From Octopus vulgaris (Eukaryota): a stretch of 64,000 bases of DNA. Shown here piece after piece: positions 53,376 through 64,000 of this stretch. How positions within the stretch are numbered: the stretch's first letter is position 1; each line of letters starts with the position of its first letter. Below the pieces are notes generated by a model, which saw only the letters and a list, made by a program, of their open reading frames with translations, made no database searches and had not been told where the DNA came from. The stretch covers positions 46,376,001 to 46,440,000 of the forward strand of contig OX597837.1 of assembly GCA_951406725.2 (NCBI GenBank), in the 5' to 3' direction. Made by a program: the position numbers and the translations under genes.

Positions 53376-53618
53376 TGTCTGGAGAGAGACATTCTCTCTT
53401 AATGCCTTACTACTTAACACACCAGTTTGATTTCCATGCATTTACTTTTTTTTTCCCTAAAATTTTGGTTGCATCTTGCAACCTCTTCAGTGACTCCTGA
53501 ATTGGTTGCAAGATGCAATGAAAATTTTAGAAAAAAGTAAATAAGTAAATGAGTGGAAATCGAACTGGTGGGTGTGTTAAGTAATTAGGCACTAAAAGGG
53601 AATGACTCTCCCCAGACA
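53376..53618. mobile_element. Foldback of two inverted ~110-bp repeat ends (Penelope-terminus-like or MITE)
   Basis: tgtctggagagagac...ttgcatcttgcaacc is mirrored by ggttgcaagatgcaa...gactctccccagaca. Related fragments lie near 2323-2375 and 52225-52400. Confidence 0.7.
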
Positions 53619-54252
53619 CAGTAAAACTTGCTTCCCCTTTGGCCACTTTCTCTCTCCTCTTGTTTTTCCTCTTCTAGGTAACCAAATATCACCTTTACAT
53701 CAGCACACCTGTCTCTGGCCTCTTTCTGCCCTCTCTCTCACTAGGTAACCATGTACTTCCTCTATAGCTAGACACCTATTTCTACCTTTCTATTTCTCTG
53801 TTACACTCTAACCTTTCATCGTTTGATACTGGATTACCTCCTCTAATGATCCCTCTGTTGTGGCAAGACACCTGCTCTGTCCCTTTGTCACCCTCTAACC
53901 TTTCATCCTCTGACACAAGTTCCCCTCCTCAAATGCCCCTGCCCCTCTCATAATTCCTTGTCTTGTGAGTTACTTGTTTACCCTGCCAGTGCTGGTGCCA
54001 CGTTAAAAGCATCCAGTCCACACTGTAACGTGGTTGGCATCTGGAAGGGCATCCAGCTGTAAAATTCATGCCAAAACTAACTTCGCCTGCGCTAGTGCCA
54101 TGTAAGAAGCACTGAGTTCACTCTGCAAAGTGGTTGGTGTTAGGAAGGGCATCTTCTTGTAAAATCCCTGCCAATACAGACACAGTAGCTCCTATCAACC
54201 ACCCTACCCATGCATGCATGCATGGAAGATGAACATTAAACAATGATAATGA

Positions 54253-54295
<43 letters not shown>

Positions 54296-54298
<3 letters not shown>

Positions 54299-55584
54299 CT
54301 GGTAAGGTAGCTGCAGGAGAAATACCTAGCCAAAGATAAGCCCCTGTACCTGGCTTTTGTTGACATGGAGAAAGCCTTCGACAGGGTCCCCCGATCCCTT
54401 ATCTGGTGGGCAATGAGGAAACTAGGGATAGATGAATGGTTAGTGAGAGCTGTGCGGGCCATGTATAGGGACGCCGCTAGTAGGGTGAGGGTTGGAAATG
54501 TGTACAGTGAAGAATTCCGGGTAGAGGTAGGAGTCCACCAAGGCTCAGTACTCAGCCCCCTCCTATTTATCATAGTCCTCCAGGCAATAACGGAGGAATT
54601 CAAGACAGGATGCCCTTGGGAGCTCCTCTATGCTGATGACCTTGCTCTAATTGCTGAGTCGCTATCAGAACTGGAGGAGAAGTTTCAGGTGTGGAAACAA
54701 GGATTAGAATCGAAGGGCCTCAGAGTCAATCTAGCTAAAACCAAAGTCGTAATCAGTAGGAAGGTAGACAAATCACAAACACCTTCAGGTAGATGGCCCT
54801 GCTCGATCTGTAGAAAAGGTGTAGGTAGAAACTCTATAAGATGCACCAAGTGTAAGCTATGGACACATAAGAGATGCAGCAATGTCAAAGGAAGGCTAAC
54901 TAGGAAGATGGTTTTTGTATGTGGCAGATGCTCAGGAACAATAAACACTGAAAATGCTCTGAGACCAACTTCCGTCACTTTCCAGGGAGAAAAACTAGAA
55001 ATAGTTGATAGTTTCCGTTACCTAGGTGACCAAGTCAGCAGCGGGGGCGGGTGTGCTGAAAGTGTAACTGCTAGAGTAAGAATAGCTTGGGCAAAGTTCA
55101 GAGAGCTCTTACCTCTGCTGGTGACAAAGGCCTCTCGCACAGAGTGAAAGGCAGACTGTATGATGCGTGTGTACGAACAGCCATGCTACATGGCAGTGAA
55201 ACATGGGCCGTGACTGCTGAGGATATGCGTAAGCTCGCTAGAAATGAAGCCAGTATGCTCCGATGGATGTGTAATGCCGGTACTCACACTCGGCAGAGTG
55301 TAAGTACCTTGAGAGAAAAGCTGGACCTAAGAAGCATCAGTTGTGGTGTGCAAGAGAGACGTTTGCGCTGGTATGGTCATGTGGCGAGAATGGATGAAGA
55401 TAGTTGTGTGAAAAAGTGCCACACCCTAGCGGTTGAGGGAACCTGTGGAAGAGGCAGACCCAGGAAAACCTGGGACGAGGTGGTGAAGCACGACCTTCGA
55501 ACTTTAGGTCTCACTGAGGAAATGACTAGAGACCGAGACCTCTGGAAGTGTGCTGTGTGCGAGAAGACCCGGCAGGACAAGTGA
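54296..55584 (+). pseudogene. Disrupted RTE reverse transcriptase ORF
   Basis: In-frame TAG at 54308-54310 and a 1-bp frameshift near 55130 joining ORFs 54365-55147 and 55087-55584. The endonuclease domain is absent. Confidence 0.9.
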
Positions 55585-56196
55585 GTCCATAACCCGTGGC
55601 CTTCTACATGGGATGGAGCTGGCCTACGTATGCATACCTTCCCTTCTTGGGACACAAAACTCTACTTGTGAAGACGTGTTGAGGCAAGTGAGGATCAGAA
55701 TCGAAATCGATCAATGGAAATTGCGGATGTGCTACCAGTGCCGGTGGCATGTCAAAACTCTGCTTGTGAAGACCCGTTGAGGCAAGTGAGGATCAGAATT
55801 GATATCGATCAATGGAAATCGATCAATGGAAATTGCAGATGTGTTACCAGTGCCGGTGGCATGTAAGAGAACTTTCCGTTTCGCGACCATTGCCAGCACC
55901 GCCCCGTTTCGTGTCCGTTGCCAGCCTCGCCTGGCCCTCGTGCCGGTGGCACATAAAAAGCACCATCCGTTTGTGGCCGTTTGCCAGCTCTGTCTGGCAC
56001 CAGTGCGGGTGGCACGTAAAAAGCACCCACTACACTCACGGAGTGGTTGGCGTTAGGAAGGGCATCCAGCCGTAGAAACACTGCCAGATTTGACTGGGCC
56101 TGATGAAGCCTTCTGGCTTCACAGACCCCAGTAGAACCGTCCAACCCATGCTAGCATGGAAAACGGACGCTAAACGATGATGATGATGATGATGAT
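54296..56196 (+). mobile_element. 5'-truncated RTE-clade LINE with 3' UTR and (GAT)n tail, inserted in (TA)n
   Basis: RT motifs AFVDMEKAFDRVP, GVHQGSVLSPLLF, LLYADDL, FRYLG, and RTE C-terminus RLRWYGHV...GRGRPRKTW. The 3' UTR ends ccatgctagcatggaaaacggacgctaaac(gat)n. (TA)n on both flanks. Confidence 0.95.
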
Positions 56197-56227
56197 ATAT
56201 ATATATATATATATGGGTGTATATGTT

Positions 56228-56258
<31 letters not shown>

Positions 56259-59200
56259 TTCATATGTGGTGTGTGTGTGCACGTTAGACAACACTTCCTA
56301 GGGCTACATGCCCCATTCTGATGTCAACTGTTATTTTTCAAATAAGGCATCAGGTACTTTATTTTCAGTTTGTATATTGAACCAATGAACTCCTGGACAT
56401 TTTGCTTTGCAAGGCATAAAAAAATGTCCCCACCGTAGAAAAGGTGTCAAACACAGACACACACACAAGGGATTTTCATACAGTTTCTACCTACCAAATT
56501 TTACTCACAGTACTTGATCAACCTGAGACCGTAGTAGAGTGCCATATTGTAGTATTGAACCCAAACACATATCGCTGCAAAGCAAACTTATTAATTTACG
56601 TCTGCATACACACACATTCTAGAAATTATTAAAAAGTCTAATTAAATTCCAAATTTTAATTGCCATGTGATATTTAATCAAAATAGAAAACATTAATATT
56701 CTTATTGGAAATGTTAGATTCGATGTTCAATTTGGACTGTTATGATATATTTAAACAAAACATTATCAAAATTTTCATTAAACTGTTTAATTAAACATTC
56801 AAATCTATCTGCTACTGCTACAACCAAGATAATTAAAAGTGTATTCTGAAGGACAAATATTTATTCGTCCACATGCAGTCAATCACAAGTATCCATCAAT
56901 GGGACATAAGCCCCCAATTATTTCAAGTGGGATGAGTGATATAGAATGGTTATGCTCATACTGTTCCAAAATGGCACCAGGAGTAGAAGGAGAGGGACTT
57001 AAGCTACCACCAGGAATCAAACCTTTTATCTTTCATAAGGTTCATTTAGAACAAGGATAATGCCCATAACCCTTTACAAGGCCTCCTGGGGTATTATCAT
57101 CATGAAAGATCAAGTATGGCATAGGTATATGCATAGCTGTGTGGTTAAGGAGTTTGTTTCCCAACCACATGGTTTCAGGTACAGTTCCACAGCATGGCAC
57201 CCTGGGTAAGTGCATTCTACTATAGCCCCAGGCTAATCAAAGCCTTGTGAGTAGATTTGGTAGACGGAAACTGAAAGGAGCCTATCGTGTATGCATGTAT
57301 GTGTATGTATTTATGACTGTCTTGACATCACACGATTGTTGTAAACGAATGTCATCCCTTTCCAATATTGTGGAAACATGTCTGAACATAGAGAAATATT
57401 ACCTAGCTTGGAAATAAGTAAAGGTTGGCAACAGGAAAGGTATCTGACCAAAGAAAATTTGCCTCAATAAACTCTGATCCATGCAAGTGTGGATGTAAAA
57501 ATGATGATGATAATGATGATAATTTTTGTGTCTGCTTTCCGACAGACATGGGTTGGATAACTTGTAACATTCTGAGTCAGTTCCTGTTTGAAGTTACTAA
57601 ACTCTAAGTTGAGTTGATAGACTATATCTCACTGGTAGATTCTAATTTTAGCATGGTTTCTACAGCTTCACAATACCGTTTTATACAGTTCTGGATGAAT
57701 TTTATTGCAGCACCAGAACTAGAAAGTTTAACTCCTCCTCAACAGGATTTCAGAGTCATCATGACTCTAGGTTCACTCTGCTCATTTGCCAAGCACTTTA
57801 CAGAGTGTAGTAGGTCCATTTTATCATGTATTGGTAGTAGTAAGGGTTGAGTTGTGCCTCACAAGGCTAAAGAATCCTGGCCACTTTACAGTATCTCTGC
57901 TCAAGGCAATATGGCAAAAAGAGTGATAAGGAGAGAGACTGAAGACAGAATAGAGAAACAGAGACCCAGCCTGACTGCTTGCAACAGAGTGAAATGTAAT
58001 AAAAAGCACTTCAAGACTAGGCAGTGGTGTTAAACTAAGTCACATAATAAGTCTACAACCCAAGAATAGGACTGGCAGTCCTTCTAATGGGCTACCACAG
58101 ATTTTGTCTACCAAATTCCACTCAGATGCATTGGTCATGTCAAGGCTATAGCAGAAGACATTCGTTCAAAGTGCTGCACAGTGAGATCAAATACAAACCC
58201 CACTAACTGGAAACTTCTTAACCAATCAGTTATAATCATGACATTTATGGCTTTCCTTAGAGAACTGGAAAATTAATGATTAATGTTCTGTGACTACAAC
58301 AGGAATCAAACTTTGGTTTACTGAGAGCAACTCCAGTAAATAAGTACAACTATGTATTTCACAAATGTGAAACCTCAGACCTATATTAGAAACAATTAAA
58401 GTGGGGGGGGGGTATTAGATTGGTGGAATTGCAAGAGACTCAGATAATGTACTTTACAATATTTAACTGCAGCATCTTACGTTCTAAGTTCAATCCTGCT
58501 GTAGTTCAACTTTTTTTTAAATTTCTTTATTGCCCACAAGGGGCTAAACATAGAGGGGACAAACAAGGACAAAGGGATTAAGTCAATTATATCGACCCCA
58601 GTGCATAACTGGTACTTATTTAATCGACCCCGAAAGGATGAAAGGCAAATTCGACCTTGGCGGAATTTGAACTCAGCTTGACTAGACCTGATGAGCCGAG
58701 GTTATAAAAAGCTGCACCTTGTATACATTGTAAAGTGGCTGACATTAGGAAGGACAATTGGTCATAGAAACCATGCCAAAGTTGGCACTGGAGCTCAGTG
58801 CAACCCGGCAGCTTGCCAGATTCTGTTAAATCATTCAGTCCATAACAACATGAAAAATAAACTTAAATGATGATGATGATGATGATATATATATGTATAT
58901 ATATATATATATATAAGGCAACAAACTGGGGGAGTTATTAGGGCATCAGATAGAATGCCTTACAGTATTTCTTTTGGATTACTTAATCATGAGTTCAAAT
59001 GGCACCAAGGTCAACTTTGCTTTTCATTCTTTCAGCATTAACAGATAAAATAGCAGCTTGGCACTGGAATTTATTCTTCTTCCCCCACCTCCCTCTCTGG
59101 AAGAAATACGCTGTGTCCAGACCTAGGCAAAGATGGGCTCTACCAGGTTTTAAAATGCCTAAGACATGCTGAATGTCATGATTGTACCCCTACAACTCCA

Positions 59201-59964
59201 TCAAGGAGAGGGTCCAAGGAACAATATAAAAAGCACTTATTCAAAGTGACACAACCAGCTTTAAATGATTTATGAATAATGAGCAGCTCCACCATTTCTC
59301 CAAAAATTTACTTAAAACTCATTTCATTAATTTTTATAACCGATTCCATATGATATAACCTGAAACCTGGAAGTAGGACATATGCAGTCATGAACAGAAA
59401 AAGAAAACCCCTTTAAAAAGAACTTTACTCTCTCTCATATATCTGAACAGTGTAATTTAATTTAGAGTAAAACCAAGAGTGATGCATCATGGGAACTAAT
59501 ATAGTGTGACTTCATTTTACATAAGTTAATATTTGTGTCAACAAATCAGCTGCATTGTTAACACAATGAAATAATAAATCAAAATTTTGTGGTATTGGTG
59601 AAATTATGATTGCAAAAACAGAGACTGAGCAACATTTGAATTGGGGTGGGGGTGGGATGGGGGGAAGCATGGGGGAGAGGGAAAGAGGAGTGGGTTTGCA
59701 TGTGTTTGGAAGAGATAGAGATATAGCTAAAGCAAGAGAGAGGAGGAGAGAGAACTGAGCTTGCATGTGTTAGAGAGGGGGGGAGAGAGAGAGAGAGAGA
59801 GGTGATTAACAATTTATATTGAATGCAAGCAATACAACAAAGTACTTTTCCATCTGTGAATGTAGTAGTAGTGGTGGTGGTAACAGTAGCAGCTATCATG
59901 GGGAATAATGCTGGTGGTTTTAGTATTAAGAAGAGCAACAGACTCAGAGTAGTAGCAGTAGTAA

Positions 59965-59999
<35 letters not shown>

Positions 60000-60375
60000 A
60001 CAGTAGCATTCCTATCAGCATTTGCAGCAAGACAAGAAGTCAAGAAATTTGTTTAAAAAAAAAAAAGAAGGAAAACCTGATGGAAGTCCTAAACTATATC
60101 AAAATGAAATAGAAAACTGTTGGAAGTGACTAAATAGTTGCCAGCAATGTTGCAAATGTTGTTTTGTCCCAAATTGGCCATCAAGCAAGTGTTTGACTAA
60201 AGGCACTACTCCAGACATGACCACCTGATCTTACCCCCCACTCCACCCTTATTATCTGGACGTAGGCATAGCTGGGTGGTCAACAGATCCACTCTGTAAT
60301 CACACAGTTTCAGGATGGTTCAATTGTGTGGAATCTTAGGCAAACATCTGGGACTGAATAACAGCTACTAGAACT

Positions 60376-60604
60376 TTAACCCTTTTGTATTCACGTGATT
60401 CTGTCAAAAGTAATGCTTATTTATTCACATTGTTTTAAATTAACCCTGCATTATCTTGTAGCTTTGAGATTTTGATGAAGTAACTATTCATTTTTAGAAT
60501 TATATAGTAGGGCTGGTGTGAGAGGCCAGATATGGCCAATTTGAACATAAAACAAGGGAGAATATTTTGACCGAATATGGCCGGTTTAAATGCTAAAGGG
60601 TTAA
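60376..60604. mobile_element. piggyBac-type MITE (copy of 23092-23319)
   Basis: TTAA-CCCTTT...GCTAAAGGG-TTAA with internal homology to 23092-23319. Confidence 0.85.
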
Positions 60605-63600
60605 AAAAAAGTGATGGTGTGCCATAAGATTTTGGTACTTTATTCAGTGCACCATAAGCTGAAGAAGGATGAAAATTATTGCTCTACACAGTTACTCAGC
60701 CTCTTACAATCTGAAACTAAATCCCAGACACTATGGCAAAGATAATACTTAGATAAAATGTACCCAGTACAATCTGTAAAATAGGTGGTGTTGGGATGGG
60801 CATCCAACTGTAGAAACTATGCCAAAAACTAAAACATGCCAATGAAATATGGTCTTCTGAGGTGTGAAGGAGGACAGAAGCTTCAAATTAGACTTGTTCA
60901 ACTCATGTCAACAAAGAAAGCAAACAAAAATGATGTTCCCAGCTGAAATACTTTTGATTTTGGGTCTATATGAAAAAGGTTGACAAAAGGTTAAATGATA
61001 ATGGTACCATCTAGTGTTCTCAGGGAACTGCTATTGAAACCGTCAATCCTGTTTGTCAGGGTGTTCAAGAGGGACCATGTTTCTGCTCTATAAACTTGGA
61101 ATGACCACAGCCCCATCAAGCAAGAGCATGAAGCAAAATGAGAAGAATGGTTAAACAGCAACATCATCCCTTCCATTTTAATGATGCTCAACCACCAGAA
61201 CCAACAACATTAAAATCATTTCTAACAAAGGCACAAGGTTAGAAATTCTAGGAAGAAGGGTCAGTTGATTAAATCAACTCTAGTATTTAGGTGCTTTGTT
61301 TTATCAATCCTGGCAGGATGAAAGGCAAAGTTGACTTCAGAATGATTTGAAACCAGAAGGTAAGGAACCATAACTAAACCATGCAAGCTTTTTGTCTGAT
61401 GTTCTGATGACTCTGCTAATCAACTGCCCTTGTATCACCAAATGCTACAACAGCAACAAGACAACATATTTCAAAGACTGTAAAATACTACTTTTCACAT
61501 CAACAACAACAACAGCAGCAGCACAAGTAATAATGTAGTAAGTAATAATCTCTTTTATTGGAAATGACATTAACTAAACAGACGATTCCAAAGTTGGCTG
61601 ATTGGTTGATAATGTTTCTGGTGTAATATAGTTACTACATTGGTAGCAATCGTCGAGAGAGAGAGACAGACAGACACAGAGACTGAAAGACAAAGGAGTC
61701 CACGAGATTCGGCAGATCTGAACAAAAGCATTGACTAACAAACTTCCTTTGGTGTTTTGCATGCTTCATTCATACAGAACCGGATGTGAAACTGACAATG
61801 GTGGCGTTAGTTAAATGATGATGAGATGGAAGATGGCAATAGTGATCACAAAGATGATGATGATGGTGGTGGTGGTGGTGGTGAGGGTGATCACAGAGAT
61901 GATAATAAGAAGGATGATCATAGCAATGACGATGACTATGAAGATGATTATGATGATGAAAAGGATGACGATAGTATTGATCACCATCATTTCTCTCAAC
62001 CTCTCTCTCCAAATTATTTCCACATCATCAGTCCTATTGTTCTCGTCTTATCAACCCTTCAACCCCAACATAAGACATTCTCTCATCTATCTTTGCTCTT
62101 TTCTTCCTTCACTCCTCATCTTCCTCCTCTTCTCTACTTTACTTATTCTCCAATTATTTCTATTAACCTCTTTCTTTCATTCTCTCTTTAATATTTCTGT
62201 TAGCATCTTTCATTGATTTCCTCCTTTCTTCCCTCTCTCTCACTCTCTTTTCATCACCCTTCTCTTCAATCTCACTTTTCATTTCCCTTCTCCCCCTATA
62301 TCCCCCCCCCCGTGGTATTTACTCTCCTCAGCCTCTTGCTCTCTTCCTTACTCTTTCTCTCTTCTCCTCCTCTGTTTCTTCATAGATTAATCCAACCCTT
62401 CACTCTGACCAACATAGCTAGCAGTCACATACTAATAAAAATGGTTGGTTAGATAAGAAAGCAATGAGGGGAAAGAAAATAGGGTAATTTATTTGTTAGA
62501 AATAACAGCCAAATCTCCCTCAAATCACAACAGAAAGGATACATTAGATAATGTAATTCTAGACAACTCAAAGAAATTCAAGCTGGCCATGAATGGAATA
62601 TCTTTGATCAACGCTCTGCTCAAGCAGGGCTAATCTAGAGTTTAACAGCAATAGCAATCACTGTTATAAGGCCATGCCTGTTACATAACTAATTCTTGCT
62701 CAAACTGAATGCCTTACATATAAATGAATAAATTACAATTAATAAATAAACTGAAATGTCAATCTCTAATTGTGGAGGAAGCATGTGGAAGAGGTAGACC
62801 CAGGAAGATGTGGAATGAAGCTGTGAGAAAGGATCTTCAGAAGGGATAACAAGGAACTGAAACTTTTGGTAGTTTACCATGCTTGAGAAAACACACTGAG
62901 TTCAGTAAAATCGTGGCTGTCCTTGCATAAAGGTATCTCTCCAACATCCCTCTTTAGCTGAGAGATCCTCATCTTGCCAGGTCATGGGTGCTGGTGTCAA
63001 GTAAAAAGCACTTTTGCCAGTGCAACGTAAAAGTGCCCAAGCCAGGGCTATGTAAAAAAAAAACAAAAAAACCCAGCTCACTCTGTAAAGTGGTTGGTGT
63101 TAAAAGGGTATCTGCCATAGAACCCATGCCAAAACAAAAGTGGAACCTGGGCAGCTCCTCAGTTGGCCAGCTCCTGTCAAACCATCTGATTCCATGCTCA
63201 CATGGAAAACAGACATTGAATGATGATGATGACGATGATGAAAAATAATCACTTGCAAACTTATTGGCACACGGGTTTTTTTCTGACGAATCTCTCCTCC
63301 CCAACAACATATCTTCCAAACAGCCCCCTCCCTCCACCTCTGTTCACTCACTACATTCCCCCCACCCTCTATCTCCCACTTTCTTTTGCACACTTACAAA
63401 CTTACAGGCCCACTCATCCTATCAAGTCCTCTTTACTACTTCGCTTATATACACTTCCATGCAACTTGGAACTATGTATTTTCTACACTATCTTTTCTCT
63501 CTCTCCCCAACTGGAGTAAACATGCATTTCCTCTTCTGCCCCTCTATCATAATCCAGCTTCTTATCAGCTGGCACAGTCCTGCTCACTCCTCAGTTAAAG

Positions 63601-64000
63601 AGTTTTGTTTTGCAAGTTACATGGCGACCTCACTGGTACTAGTGCGATGTAAAATGCACCCAGTGCTCTCTGCAAAGTGGTTAACATTAGGAAGGGCATC
63701 CAGCCATAGAAACCATACCAAAGCAGCTAGTACAGCTTGACACAGTCTTCTGTCTTACCAGCTCCCATCAAACTGTCCAACCCGTGCCAGCATGGAAAAC
63801 AAGCATTAAATGGGATGATGATGACGATAATGTTTCAAATTCTGACACAAGGCCAGCAGTTTTCATGGGCAGGGGTTAGTCACTTACATCAACCCTAGTA
63901 CTCAACTACTGCTCTATTTTATTGATGCCAAAAGGATGAAAGACAAAGTTGACTCTTTGGCAGTATTTCAGCATAAAGAACCAGAACAAATACTGCAAAG

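Noticed and set aside
55730-56030. Regularly spaced ~25-bp repeats resembling a CRISPR array
   Set aside because: They are hairpin modules of the RTE 3' UTR in eukaryotic DNA, the spacers are related to each other, and there are no cas genes.
58686-58712. CTGATGAG motif
   Set aside because: No GAAA and no stem III or stem I partner.
61770-62216. Poly-His/Met/Asp ORFs (also at 1258-1518 and 26867-27319)
   Set aside because: Degenerate trinucleotide microsatellites that are open in several frames.

Overview
AT-rich, microsatellite-dense animal genomic DNA. The SINE families, RTE LINE with (GAT)n tail and abundant (CA)n/(TA)n/(GAT)n tracts point to a coleoid cephalopod, most probably Octopus; this is an inference from repeat content. 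The only host gene I can support is the 5' part of RAD52 on the minus strand: a clear 102-bp exon at 3357-3458 and a probable first coding exon near 13500-13656, with the gene continuing beyond the window's left edge. The rest is transposon-derived: a 5'-truncated, frameshifted RTE LINE with a PHD-like finger inside its RT (54296-56196); fragments of RTE, CR1, Tx1/L1, R4/Dong, HERO, mariner and pogo elements; piggyBac- and hAT-type MITEs; and dozens of SINEs from about five families. The most striking signal is a ~350-bp, strongly self-complementary unit at 41824-42193 that carries an apparently intact type I hammerhead ribozyme (retrozyme/Penelope-like), plus three more degenerate hammerhead-like motifs in unrelated repeats. 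Almost all ORFs in the supplied track are microsatellite artefacts. Repeat boundaries were read by eye and are approximate.
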